Assembly (NCBI GenBank): GCA_002189035.1
Contig: CM007991.1
Location: 1,612,001-1,676,000, forward strand
Source: Utricularia gibba
Taxonomy: Eukaryota; Plantae; Magnoliophyta
Length of the DNA stretch: 64,000 bases
Direction: 5' to 3'
Both the position numbers and the translations under genes were made by a program. The notes under the pieces are model-generated. The model was not told the DNA's origin and did no database searches. It saw nothing but the letters and a program-made list of their open reading frames with translations. Of the stretch, positions 12,872 through 30,626 are shown in pieces (position 1 is the stretch's first letter; every line of letters starts with the position of its first letter).

Positions 12872-14972
12872 TTTGCTTCCTTTTTCCAATATCTCCTACG
12901 TGGCTATGAGTGTTTTTCCACATTGGACCTCGTTGTCTTCTTCTAGGCACCGTACGTCTAAAAATAAAACTACGTGTACTTTCATACTATATAAATAAAA
13001 AAAGGGAATCTCAAGTGATGAATGTGTATGTTCCAAGTTATTAAATCTTAAGTAGACATAATTTATAGCTCATAAAAATAATTAGTGGCTGATTAATCTC
13101 TTAAGGGTGGAGTCATTAGGTATTTATACTTTATTCAAGACGTCATTTGCCATACAGTGCCTCTTTAGGGAGTGTCACTCACGTTGGTGAATGCGCTGCG
13201 CCCTACCAAAAGTAGATTGCGTCATGCTTCTTTAGAAACCTAATTTTTAGATTATTGGAAATATCTAATAAATGATAATCAATTTCTCATCCATTTTTCA
13301 AAAAAATGGGAATTGGGAATAAAAATTAAATAAAGCTTACTTAAATATAAAATAAAGAGATGAAAAATTAATGAATTTGGTTTCTATTAAAAATTCGATT
13401 ATTTTTTGTATTTTAAGGCAAATAACTCAGGAAAGGATTAATGGCGCGACGATTAGGCAAGCGGTAGATACTGGTATATTCTTGGAAGTGGGAACGATAA
13501 AGGTGGTGGCTTTCGGCTCGAAAGACACACTGAATTGTCGTGAGCTTGGAGGAAGGAAGGGGACACTGGGCGTGTGAATTCTCTGTTTCTGAGTCAAGAC
13601 TTGCTTCAAAGTTCGCCTTTTTCAATGATCAAAAGTTGCTTGCGCGAGTAATGGATTGAAGTAAGCCATTTGGAGAGTGTCTCCTTGGCCTCTCTGAATT
13701 GCTGGTGTGGTAAATTCTTCACGAAATTCGTCTCTTCTGGCGGAAGGAAAAGTTCCCGGGCAGTGAGGGAATTCCAAGAGTGGTGCGGTTTAAATTACCT
13801 GTGATCACATGATGATTGGAAAGGGGATTTGCTGATGGTGATCGTGCGCTACGTTTCAGCCTTTTTCTATCGGTGTGAATCTCCATCTTTTACTTTGTTT
13901 TGCTTCTCATACTGTGCACTTGCATGGCGATTGCAGTTTTTAGGTTTCGTCGTTGTCTTAGATTGAATCTTCTTCGAAATATACGATCAAAAAGTTTTAT
14001 GATCGTATTGGGAACTACACGGAATCCAACTTGATGTAAAAATATCTAGATTCTTGAGCATGTGCCTCGATGTTGGTGTAATAGATATTGACTAAAATTC
14101 AGAATGTTTTGTGGAGGTCTGAATGAAATTATGGTAGTTTCGCTTTTAAGTTGGTTTTCCACTTGCATGATTTTCCAGTTTTATATGCATTTCTTTGCAG
14201 GTGAATACGTGGATTTATCATAGAAATGTCTCTGAACTTAGGTTTTCGAACTACTTCTTAGTACTTCAATGCTTCCTGGAGCTTTTATTTGCTGAAAGCT
14301 AAAGAAGTCTTGAATCTGGAGTAACTTTTCCTTTTTTCCCTACTAATTTTCTGACAATGCAAGTGATGCTGATTAATAAACTGGCTTCTATGTGAAAAAG
14401 TTGGGTATTAACTCTTACTTTTTTGCAGCTTATCGCTTAATTTCTTCATCTCCTTCTCCTATGTCTAGTGGAACGTTCATTCAACTTTTTGCTGACCGCA
14501 TTTTCAGGAAGTAATTCACATGCCCACTGGTAGGGAACAATGAGCTGCTGGCCTATCCCAAGCTTGTTTGAGTCTATGTCTATTGATAACATTGTGTTCA
14601 CGGCCACCATGGCAGATTAGAGTTTCCCTCTCCTGCCCAAAAAAAAAATACAGAGACGTCCATTGTTGAAAGAATTGCAGTCTTGCGAGATTATTCTCCT
14701 CATGCCACATTGATTTAAGGTCTGTCCTTCACAATAATGTGGTAATTATTATCAATCGGATTGAAGCAAGGTAGCCTATAACAAATTATAGTCAGTGTTA
14801 CGAAGAACAGCTCTGTTTTTTTTGTACACACTTGACATTACAGAATTCTGTCATACATGTTCTTCTCGGTGATTGTTGAGAAGGTTTTGATCTCCTTCCG
14901 CCCAAGATACTGAAAGTTCCTCCTTTTGGAAAAATCTATTCAGCATTACATTGTTGGACTTTCTTTAGATTC

Positions 14973-14993
14973 TTGGGCAAATCTCCTTTGGCA
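14973..14993 (+). promoter_or_regulatory. miR399 target site 1 in the PHO2 5' leader
   Basis: TTGGGCAAATCTCCTTTGGCA; 19-nt perfect complement to the miR399 core UGCCAAAGGAGAUUUGCCC. Confidence 0.92.
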
Positions 14994-15021
14994 TTTTGAG
15001 TCTTCTGACTCTAACCCTGTA

Positions 15022-15042
15022 AAGGGCAAATCTCCTTTGGCA
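15022..15042 (+). promoter_or_regulatory. miR399 target site 2 in the PHO2 5' leader
   Basis: AAGGGCAAATCTCCTTTGGCA; same 19-nt perfect core. Confidence 0.92.
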
Positions 15043-15358
15043 TTTTGGAGTCCTGGAACTCCCGTATCCCTCTAGTGTGCGTATTCCCTTAGACAATTCA
15101 TCTCCATATTGGAAGATTTTTACAACAAGGAATACGAAAAAAGTACCACAATTGTTTCTACACCATCACTAGCAAGCTCTCCTTGCAGCTGATAATTTGA
15201 AATTATCATTATTAAGCGTGGAGCTCAAGCTCAGTTCTTACGGATACATCCATTATTCAGGTGATTGCCTACTGTGGATATAATCATGCATAGCTTATTT
15301 TGTAGTGAAACTGCAGATATCTCACCCCCAATATTTTTTTCCAGGAGGGATAAGCTTT

Positions 15359-18300
15359 ATGGATTCATTGTTAAAAAACGTTGACATTTCAAGTGAAAGC
15401 AGCAGCTCTGAAGATTTGGAGTATTTTGACTCTCTATATGGTGGACAAGCCTCTTCCATTATCTCTAGCCTTGAGGAAACCATCAAGAAAATTGACAACT
15501 TTCTCTTGTTTGAGAGGCAATTCTTCCATGGTGATATAGTTCGCTTGGCTTCAGACTCGAAGCAGCAATTAGGGAAGGTAGTCGATGTGGAAATGACTGT
15601 GAACCTGGAAACAGTTGATGGCTTCAAATTAGAGAATGTGAAGTCTAGAAATCTTCAGAGAATAAGGTCTTTTTCAGTTGATGACTATGTGGTTCTTGGA
15701 CCATGGTTTGGCAAAGTCGAAAAAATAACTGACCACCTAACAATCCGTTTTGATGATGGCACAAAGTGCCAACTGAGTGCAGATGGTAATGAGATGAACT
15801 TTGCTCTGTCCGCTGATGTAGTCGAAGATTCCATCTATCCTTTCTATCCTGGTCAAAGAATCCAGGTAGAGCCTCCATCTTTGGCAAAATTGACTCATTG
15901 GTTGTGTGGGCGGGGGAAGGATAAACAAACACATGGCACCATTGTGAACGTGGATGCTGGAGTTGCATGCGTAGAGTGGCTTTTCTGCGCCGCGATGAAT
16001 GTTGAAAAGGGGGGCTCTCCTCCAGCTATACAAGATCCAGGGAATTTAACTCTTCTCTCTGCATTTCCTCATGCAAGTTGGCAGCTTGGCGATTGGTGCA
16101 TGGTTCCAGTGGAGCAGAGCGTTCTGCACCCTTTTAGTTCTTCAGTGATGAGTAGAGATCAAAAAAGGTCAGAGATCTTGAATCAGAATGGGGATATTAG
16201 TTCTACTTTTCTACAAGTAGCTGTTATTACGGCGACAAAGAGAAAACTTGATATTCTATGGCAAGATGGGAGTCGATCACTTGGGTTGGACACGCATTTG
16301 CTGGTTCCTGTCAATGTTGTTGATCCTCATGATTTCTGGCCTCATGCAATTGTCTTGGAAAAAAGAACTTCGGATGGCTCTCAAGTTCTGAACTCAGAGA
16401 GATGGGGTATTGTCAAAAATGTCGACCCTAAAGAACGAACAACACAAGTAAAATGGTGCAAGCTGTCTCCGGGTGACGAAGAACACATTGAGACTGTCAG
16501 TTCTTACGAACTCATTGAGCATCCTGATTACTCATTTCGCCTTGGGGAAGAAGTTTGCAAGATGACTTCCTTAGACTTGGGAGAACCTGATGAATATCAT
16601 GTTGGTGATGGACAGTGTAATTTCGGCTCTGTTGCAGGATTTGAGAATGGATACTTCGAGGTGAAATGGGCTGACGGCAAAACAAGCAAGGTACCTATCA
16701 TTCATGATCTTTACTTATGTACTTCAGACGTGCATTGCTGACTTTCTTCCTTTTAAAGGTAGCACCATACGAAATCTCCAAGGTCAACAAATGCCAAGAA
16801 GCATCTGCATTGATGCTCAGTGATGAAAATGCTCATTCAGTGATCGAGGAACTTCCAAACCCACTCACCGATCTGAAGCTAAAGGTGAACTGTTTTTTTT
16901 TAATGATTTGTAGCAATAATGGGGGTTATTTATGCTTATGCTTGTACAGGATATCACAGACCATGACAGCGAGAACATTGGCAGCTTCAGTGTGAACTCA
17001 TTTTCCCACTTTGTGGGGTTTTATCAAATGTCACTTCAGGCATATTTGGTTCTCTCTACGCGTCTAACACAAAATCATGCAATGAGAGCACTTCAGAATG
17101 TAGAAACAACTGCAGTCAACTTCTCAAAGATGAACAAGTGGAACTTTGCAATTTAGATCTGTGCAGGGAAACTCTTGAAGCAGATGACTATGAGCCATAT
17201 CCACAGACTAGAGAAGTCAATTTGGCTGAGGATCAAAGAGATTTTAAGCTCTTTGATATGGTTAACAACTGCTCGGACCACCATTTTATCAAGGAATCTG
17301 GGATGGAAACGCAACCGCCACAGGTCAGAAAAGGAATCCCACCACTTTCTATAAATTGTCTAATTGGATTTTAGCCCAATTTTTTTTTTTTTTGCTTCAG
17401 ACGAAAAGAAGTTGGCTGAGGAATATTCATAAAGAATGGAGCATTCTGGAAAAAGATCTTCCTGGTGAGAACTCTCCCACATCTACTCCCTATAATGTAT
17501 TCCATCCTGTTAAAAAATTGTTGATCACAGATATTTTAGTGTTATCAAATGCCAAACTTGTTTTCTCGCTTTACTTTTTTTGATTGAAATGGTTATGTCT
17601 GATCAGAAAATATCTACGTGCGGGTCTATGAGGAGCGAATTGACTTACTGCGTGCTGCGATAGTGGGCACTGACGGAACTCCATATCATGATGGTCTGTT
17701 CTTTTTTGACATCTATCTTCCTCCACAATATCCCTATGAGCCACCAGTATGCCCCTTTTACCGATCACTGGGTTTTACTGTTTTTAACAGACACGTTTCA
17801 TGGAAGTGAACTCTCTACTTTTTCAGATGGTTCACTACAACTCAGGGGGGCTTCGAATAAATCCCAACCTCTATGAATCAGGAAACGTTTGTCTCAGTCT
17901 GCTGAATACATGGACAGGATCCCAAAGTGAAGTCTGGAATCCAGAGTCATCGACCATCCTCCAAGTCCTTCTTTCGCTCCAGGCTCTTGTACTCAATGAC
18001 AAGCCGTATTTCAACGAGGCTGGTTATGATTCCCAGATTGGGAAATCCGAGGGTGAGAACAACTCTGTTAGCTACAACGAAAATGCTTTTCTTGTCAACT
18101 GCAAATCAATGCTGTACATACTTCGCCAGCCTCCTCAGGTCATCCATCTTACTCAAAGAAATCCATAGGCTCCATTATCAGTACCACAGTCTGATATCCA
18201 TGTTTGCTGGTTTTGGAGCAGAACTTCGAAGACCTTGTGATGGATCACTTCAACAGACGGTGCAGGAAGTTCTTGCTGGCCTGTGAAGCCTACATGGGGG

Positions 18301-18466
18301 GTCTCCACTAGGCCACCCATTCCACTACCAGAATCCTGAACAAGGGAATCCAAGAGCAACCTCTACTGGATTCAAGATCATGCTCTCTAAGCTCCTCCCC
18401 CGTCTCATAGAAGCTTTCGCCCAAAAGGGCTTCATTTGCCAAGCTTCACTCAACGCGGGTACGTAA
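15359..18466 (+). CDS. PHO2: PHOSPHATE2 / UBC24 ubiquitin-conjugating enzyme, multi-exon
   Basis: N-terminus LYGGQASSIISSLEETIKKIDNFLLFERQFFHGDIV is typical of UBC24. UBC domain RIDLLRAAIVGTDGTPYHDGLFFFDI...NPNLYESGNVCLSLLNTW has the catalytic Cys. miR399 sites lie upstream. The boundary near 16950-16990 is ambiguous. Confidence 0.93.
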
Positions 18467-18894
18467 CACGAGATTATCTCTGTAACATATATATAGTTTG
18501 CTCTTGTCGCTGCCTGTGTAATAATATATGCCCGCTCTTGAAACTGATGGTGTGCGGCCAATGCTTGTGTTGTGTAATAAAGCCCTTGGGCACGTAACTT
18601 GCCAAGACCATGTTAAATATTTGTGGCTTGTCAGCCCTTCCACTTTGCTGTAATAGACTCAATATGACAATATCATGTTTGTCTATATCAAGAGCTTGTC
18701 GGATGTCGTGTGACAAATTGTACATTTAATTACGTAATTAGAACGAGAAAATAGTTAAGAAATTACGTGTTTTTTTAATTTCACATTTTCATTAATATAA
18801 ATAGAATAAATATATCCTTAATGTTTAAAAAAAGCATTTTTTTTTTTGCTTTTCGATTTTTCCGTTAATAATATTGAGAAAATAAAATTGATTA

Positions 18895-18912
18895 ATATAT
18901 ATATATATATAT
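18895..18912. repeat. (AT)n microsatellite
   Basis: About 9 AT units between PHO2 and NRPB2. Confidence 0.85.
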
Positions 18913-19146
18913 TTTTATTGATATATATTTATATACGCTGCCCCGCGCCGTCTCGCAGGAGGGGCTTATAATTTAACGGAGACGACCCCCTCCTTGTTTC
19001 TCCAATTTCGCTTCGATCCCTTTTGGGCGGGGGCGATTTGTCTGGAAGGTTGAAGCTACTGAGGTCTCTGTTGTTTAACTGGAACTGAACGGAGAAAGAT
19101 TTGGGGCTCGAAATTGCTTACTGATTCTCCTAGGGAAACCGCGAGG

Positions 19147-24863
<5,717 letters not shown>

Positions 24864-25200
24864 GCCAAAACTCTGTACGATCACTTTACACTATTAGAAA
24901 GCATCTGCTCTACTGTACTACTTCTTACAATATGATGAGCATTTCTCTAACGCGTATGTTGTTTGAAATTTTGAGAATTTCTTCTGGTAATGTATTTCAA
25001 TTTCTAATGCATGCTACATTCATTCGCCAACTGCTCTAAAGCTGTTCCATATGTTATTACACAGACCAGACTGAGAAGGAGATGTATTCTCTTTGTCATA
25101 CACAGTATTTGTGCATGTGCGCACGTGTCTATATTACAAAAGGGATGATCCAGACGACGATTCTGGTTATGCCACTGCAGGGTCGAATTGGATGGACTGT

Positions 25201-25494
25201 CTAATACATCGGTTGGTAGTAATAAGAATACGAGCGTGGAAGAAGATGGTGCTGCTGCGCGTCGAACTGGATTTCGTCTTTTGCCGGCCCGACAGAGATG
25301 ATATCCACGTGGCCGAGCTTCCGCAACTTCTCCACAACCTCCACCGGATCCATGTTTCCGACGATCGTCATCTTCTTGCTGCTGGTGTCAACGCCGATGG
25401 ACTCGACGCCTGAGATACCTGAAACTTTCTGCATCCCCTTCTGCTTCGTTTTCTCCGACGTGTAGTAGAACGTCAGTACAATCTTCTTCTTCAT
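25201..25494 (-). CDS. Heavy-metal-associated domain protein, HIPP39-like, short and without a CaaX motif
   Basis: MKKKIVL...KQKGMQKVSGISGVESIGVD...KKMTIVGNMDPVEVVEKLRKLGHVDIISVGPAKDE matches the HIPP39-type HMA pattern. TATA-like TATAAAAA about 60 nt upstream. Confidence 0.8.
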   Translation of the reverse strand: MKKKIVLTFYYTSEKTKQKGMQKVSGISGVESIGVDTSSKKMTIVGNMDPVEVVEKLRKLGHVDIISVGPAKDEIQFDAQQHHLLPRSYSYYYQPMY

Positions 25495-25905
25495 TTTCAG
25501 GAGGGGATTGTGGGCTCCTCCTTGTTATGCTTGTGTGTGTGTCTGTTTGGTTTTTATACATGGAATTTGCGACTGAGTTTGACGGCGATGCAGTGAAGAT
25601 TTCGTCCACGCGTGTGGCAACGCGTTTCCCTCTTGCGGAAGGCGTTTGTGTAGATGACGTCTAACGCGTTTTTTATGGGCCTATAATGGCCGCGTTCAGA
25701 AGCTCATTCCAATTTTATCTTGTTGGGCTTCAGCCCATAAAATAATGCTTCTTCTTGATACATCGGAGTGCCAAAAGCGGTCCACCGGGAATGCACCTCC
25801 GCCGGTTCACCGGAATCCTACCTACACCCACTCCAATAATGTACAACGCAGCAAAGTCACAAGTGCCTCCTCCTTTAGCTTCATCCTTATTGGGCAATGG
25901 ATTCG

Positions 25906-26836
25906 CTATCCGTCGCGGCACGGAGCCGGATTCGCGAGGAACGTCGGAACTTTGTTCCCCGGCATCACCACCGAAACCTCCGGTGCATCCTTCATACGAC
26001 AAGCCTGAACTCCAAACACCAAGCAAGAAAAAACGTCAACTTGTCTGCAGTGGAAAGTAGATCTCCCGGAATTAAATATTAGTCACAGGGGAAGGGATTG
26101 GTCGTTATCACAAGATGGAGGGACAACTAGGATTGAGTCATTGTTCCAAATAATTGGACCTCCTCACTTATCATCATGCACAATAATTGACATTGATAGA
26201 CAGTTACACAGGCTCACAGGCTGAGGCAATTCACCAACAAGATCCAACACATTATTGGATAGCACATCTCTAATGTCGGAAAGGATGGATTTTAATAACA
26301 ATAAGGTTCTGTTGATTGGTGGGGAATTGATACATGGGGTAGCTTATGTATTGGTCTTGAGGGGCCAAAACGCAGACACAAGAAAACCAGCAAACTCTCA
26401 TGATTTGACAGATTTCGTCATGAATGCAACCTGGTATTTTGTAATACTCTTCTCTATTACCATTTAATAGAAGTAGGGGCCATAACAAAACGAAAAGAAA
26501 AGAAAGGAACGAGCCCATCTGCATGTTTGTTCTTTGAATAGATTAATAAAAGTGATGAATGAAGAAATTGCTTACCTTGGGAGATGGGTGGCGGAGTTTT
26601 TGGTGGGAATTGGATGGGGCCTGGGACTCGAGGTCGTGGGCGGTGCGGCGGCGCCCCTCTGTCGCTCTGAGAAACTTCTCGAAGATGGCCATGGCGAGGA
26701 ACATGGAAATGAGGACGGCCGTGGCGACGAAGCCGAAGGATAGAGTGCTATCGAATTGCGCGGGGTGGCCTTCTTTCTCCGCGTACGAATACGACGGCGC
26801 CGCGGCAGGTGCCAGCGGCAGAATTAGGACTCGCAT
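25906..26836 (-). CDS. Uncharacterised single-pass membrane protein (At5g65660-like family), 2 exons (26836-26579 approx., 26004-25906)
   Basis: Exon 1 SFGFVATAVLISMFLAMAIFEKFLR...DLESQ...HPSPK|GT; exon 2 AG|...EVSVVMPGNKVPTFLANPAPC*. Both motifs are characteristic of this plant family. Confidence 0.8.
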
Positions 26837-26947
26837 GCCCCCAAAAGAAGGAAAAAAATATCGCCGGCGAAGAGTATAGAGAAAGGAGAAGAGAAAGAGA
26901 GAACTGAGCTTCGGTGCGCTGATCTTCGGTAGTTGAGCTTCGTTGTA

Positions 26948-26966
26948 CTCTCTCTCTCTCTCTCTC
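26948..26966. repeat. (CT/GA)n microsatellite in the 5' region of the upstream minus-strand gene
   Basis: Read directly. Confidence 0.85.
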
Positions 26967-28277
26967 CCTCCCCCATTCTCTGCTTTTGGCACATGGGAAT
27001 ATGTATGTTGTCAGGGATTTTTTAATATGCGAAAGTACACAAATGCCCCTACCCGTCAGTATTCGACGGTTAACAGTTACCACTTCCCACCAACATCTCT
27101 CCAATGCCCATTGATTTCCAGTAACCCTGAGAACGACGTCGTTCCGACTCCACTCTATCGTGGTCTACCCCTAGACATCGAATCCTTCGCTCCTCCGAAT
27201 CGGACAAAGTTGTAGGCCCCGCACCGCCGGTAAGAGGAGGAGGAGGAGACGGAGTCCTGAGCACCATCTGACGCGGGAATCCACTGCCTTTCATTTCATT
27301 ATTCAACTCGCCGTCGAACAGACGTGGCTGCGCGTGCACACAACGAAAAGCCTGAAAGCCGGGCACACTCCCTGGTCCGGATCCAATCCTGGCCGTCGGA
27401 ACTTCCCATGGGCCCTCACTTTTTCCATTCTTTTCATGAGGCCCCCTGTCAAAAAGCCTGTGCGGTCTGTACGAAAAATAAAGGAACCAACCCCATACTC
27501 GTGCTAAATTAATTAATATACACTCCCCAAGTCCCATGCTATATTCTATAAACCAGACCCTGTTATTTCTATAGTGTAAAAGCAGGTAGAATCTAATACA
27601 CGAGAGAATATTGCAACTCTAGTACGGATGCCCCTTTGTCGCCGCTAATGGCCTCGGCGTGCGCATTCTGATGGGCATTTTCACGCTCCCGGTCGCCGGA
27701 GGAGTAGCCGTACAGTTGGCGAGGTGAGGCCCAGGCCTGAGCGACGGTCGGGCTCCGGGCACTACATGGTCAGTGTGGGCCGCCGGCGCGCCCTTGTGGG
27801 GTTGAGGTTTAGACAAGGCCCGAATTATAACGACTATCTTGGCTACTTAATTCGGCCTAAATAACTAAATATAAATAATGAAGAAACACGTGGCCTAAAT
27901 AATAATAACAATAAAGTCACGTGTTGGTTTAATTTAAAATGATGCTGCCCCGATATTATATAAGACACGGAAAACACGGGCATAATAATAACAATTATTT
28001 TGTTTTTCTGTTTTTAAAAAATAGGGAGCGAAAACCACGCGTCATTTTTTCAACCCCACCCGTGGGTAAAACTAAAAAGTAAAAAAACCAATTTTAATAT
28101 CATGGCCATCCACATACATCCAGATGTACTCCCTTCATTGGTATATAGAAGAACTCAAAAGAAATTAAGGTCTCTTTAGGGGTATCTAAGAAATAAAGAT
28201 GACAATCATTCAATGAGGTATTCGAAAATGTGTCCATAGGGAGGGAAAGGGATTTAAGAAATACAATTTGCACTACA

Positions 28278-28306
28278 CCCCCCCACCCCCCCCCCCCCCC
28301 CCCCCC
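28278..28306. repeat. Interrupted poly-C tract (C7-A-C21)
   Basis: Read directly; intergenic. Confidence 0.9.
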
Positions 28307-29174
28307 TACTACTAGTGTCTTGCTTGGTATTCATATAAAACCTTTATTTACTTTGACTTTTAGTAAAAAAAATATGTTTCATTTTAAAAATAAAAGAAAT
28401 ATGTTTGTATGTTTAATAAATCGATCCAAATAACATATATACAAGATGAATGATTAAATTCTGATAAACTGTTAGAAGTTGTTTCATAAAATGCATAAAA
28501 AATAGAGTACTTTACAAAGTAATTTTATTTTTTGGGGGTTATTTAGAAAATTTACGATCTACTATCTATTTTTTTCATATACTTTTTAATACATGATCAC
28601 TTTTCTAATTGATCTGTCTATGCCCATCCGGGTTACGACTATTCGACCCGTCAAGTATAGTGTAATGAAATAAAATAAAACCAGTTGATCAAAGAAACCC
28701 GTTTCACAAAACGGTTCAATGGTATTTTTTGTTACAAAAAAAAAAAAGAAAAGAATTGGATGATCAATCCTCCCGGGGGTTTTCTGGTTTGGAAATGGCA
28801 TGTGTTGTCCGAGAGGGCTTTAATTGCAAGGTCACGTCCAGTGTCCAGTAATTTTTCAATTGACGTGTCATCGAACTGTGAGACTTGTGATAATTAATGT
28901 CGTATTTATTCCAAAGACAGGGACCCCACCCCACTCACTAATGTTTTTCAATTCCTTTTTTTATGTAATCCACATTTTATTACACGCAATTCGCGACCCT
29001 GTCCGAGTCAACGGGAGTCGTTCCAAGGTGTTATTTTTTTAATAATTAATTATTAATCATTTGGAGTTTCCCCAAGTGATTGTTATTTTATATGTAATAT
29101 TTTTATTTCTTAATTTCCGGAATTATAGGAGGATTTAACAGCGAGCCGAGAGAGAGAACAAAACACGCCCATAC

Positions 29175-29216
29175 GGCTGGCTGGCTGGCTGGCTGGCTAG
29201 CTAGCTAGGTAGCTAG
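29175..29216. repeat. Compound microsatellite (GGCT)6 followed by (AGCT)-like units
   Basis: GGCTGGCTGGCTGGCTGGCTGGCTAGCTAGCTAGGTAGCTAG read directly. Confidence 0.85.
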
Positions 29217-29677
29217 CGCTTTCCGCAACTCTCTTCCCATCACGGACTTTGGAAGTTGATTCCACCGAAAACCCAAACTAAAAACTTGATTTTGACTCTC
29301 CCTTCCTCAGAAGATTGAATTTTTATATTTCGTGGGGTTTTGTCGTCTTCCAGCATATTCCGTCCCTAGTTGTGGTATAAAAACTACGCCGCTGCATTAT
29401 ATCTTTTTCTATTTCGTGTTCTTTCTCTCATCTGGGGAAGAAGGAACCAAGTGCAGCAGCCTTTCTAGGTGAGACCTGTTTGTGATGATTTGGTTTCGTT
29501 CGGTTTCATGTAGCAAATGCCCAGATTCTTATATTCTTCCTGGGGGACTCTGGAACAACTCTGGTTTCTTTTTATGAGCGTTGGTTCTCTCCTATCCAAA
29601 GTTTGAATCTTGATTCCGTTTATTTGATTTTTTACTTGTCCGTGCATCAGGTAAAAGAAAAAGTTCCACGTTTTGAA

Positions 29678-29938
29678 ATGGGGTTGGTTGAGAGATTGGA
29701 ATGGGCTCATATTCATGGCAAGAAATTGTGTAAAAGCATCTATTGGAAGATCAGAGCGGCAGCAATGAGAAAAGGGAGCAAGAAAAGGTTGAAGTTTTTT
29801 CAGTATGATCCTTATAGCTATTCACTCAACTTCGATGATGGAATTGGATGCGGCAACGAGTCACCAAGGGCCGTGTTTCATTCATCAGGATTTGCGGACA
29901 AAAGAATCCTTTGCGTTTTCATTGTCCTGTTGGAATGA
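29678..29938 (+). CDS. Small uncharacterised plant protein of the YDPxSYxLNFDDG family (86 aa)
   Basis: MGLVERLEW...KSIYWKIRAAAMRKGSKKRLKFFQYDPYSYSLNFDDG; the FQYDPxSYxLNFDDG motif recurs in many small plant proteins. Confidence 0.75.
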   Translation: MGLVERLEWAHIHGKKLCKSIYWKIRAAAMRKGSKKRLKFFQYDPYSYSLNFDDGIGCGNESPRAVFHSSGFADKRILCVFIVLLE

Positions 29939-30626
29939 TGGAACTTTTACCCTTTCACTGACTGTTCTTTTTTGCTGCAACGCAAAGTTTAGATTCCTTT
30001 TCATCATTGCCCCTTGGTTTCAAACTCATCCTTTACTTTAGTATCTTGACAAAATGTCGCCAAGTGTTGAGAAAACTTTCTTCTTACAAAAAGGGAATCT
30101 GATACTTAGAATGGGGCATGTTAGGAAAGAAAAAAAACAGACAAGATTGGTAAATGGTAGGTAGAGGAAGCATTTCATTGGTATTAACTGTGAGGGGGGT
30201 GGAAGATGGAGACAGCTAATAAGGATACAGCTAAACGTTAGTACTGCTTATGTATTAAATCTTCACATGGTCCTTAACCTACAGACCATACTCTGAAGAT
30301 GTCGTTGATGCGCCGGTGATGGGTTAGCTTTAAGTTGATTACGAGAGCGAGTTGTGATGCCGATTAGGTATACACTGCCTCCGCTGGCAGCGCAGTAGCC
30401 GCTGATGAGTTTTTGCAGCAGATTTATGGTGAAAAAACATGGCTTAGGTACAGTGTAATGTTAACAAGGACTACTGTTCTGAATTAGGATCATGACAAGA
30501 AATATAGATTGAAGGAACGAATGAGAAGAGAGATGATGGGCTGCAGGTCTTGAGAAGAAGCAGAGGCTTTCTGGGGCAACTTCACCACCAGCACGTCTAT
30601 TTAGCTGCAATGCCGGTGAAAGGTAG

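Noticed and set aside
12200-12900. Possible IPS1/At4-type miR399 target mimic next to PHO2
   Set aside because: I found no GGGCAAC-bulge-CCTTTGGCA motif on either strand.
13015-13092. GTGATGA...CTGA spacing like a C/D-box snoRNA
   Set aside because: No convincing terminal stem, internal C'/D' boxes or rRNA antisense element that I can identify; the sequence is AT-rich.
27070-27537. NAC/XND1-like fragments (PGF, SQGYWKSMGIGE and, in another frame, IKKSLTTY)
   Set aside because: The spacing does not fit the NAC subdomains, and the WYF and DEEL motifs are absent; probably coincidence.
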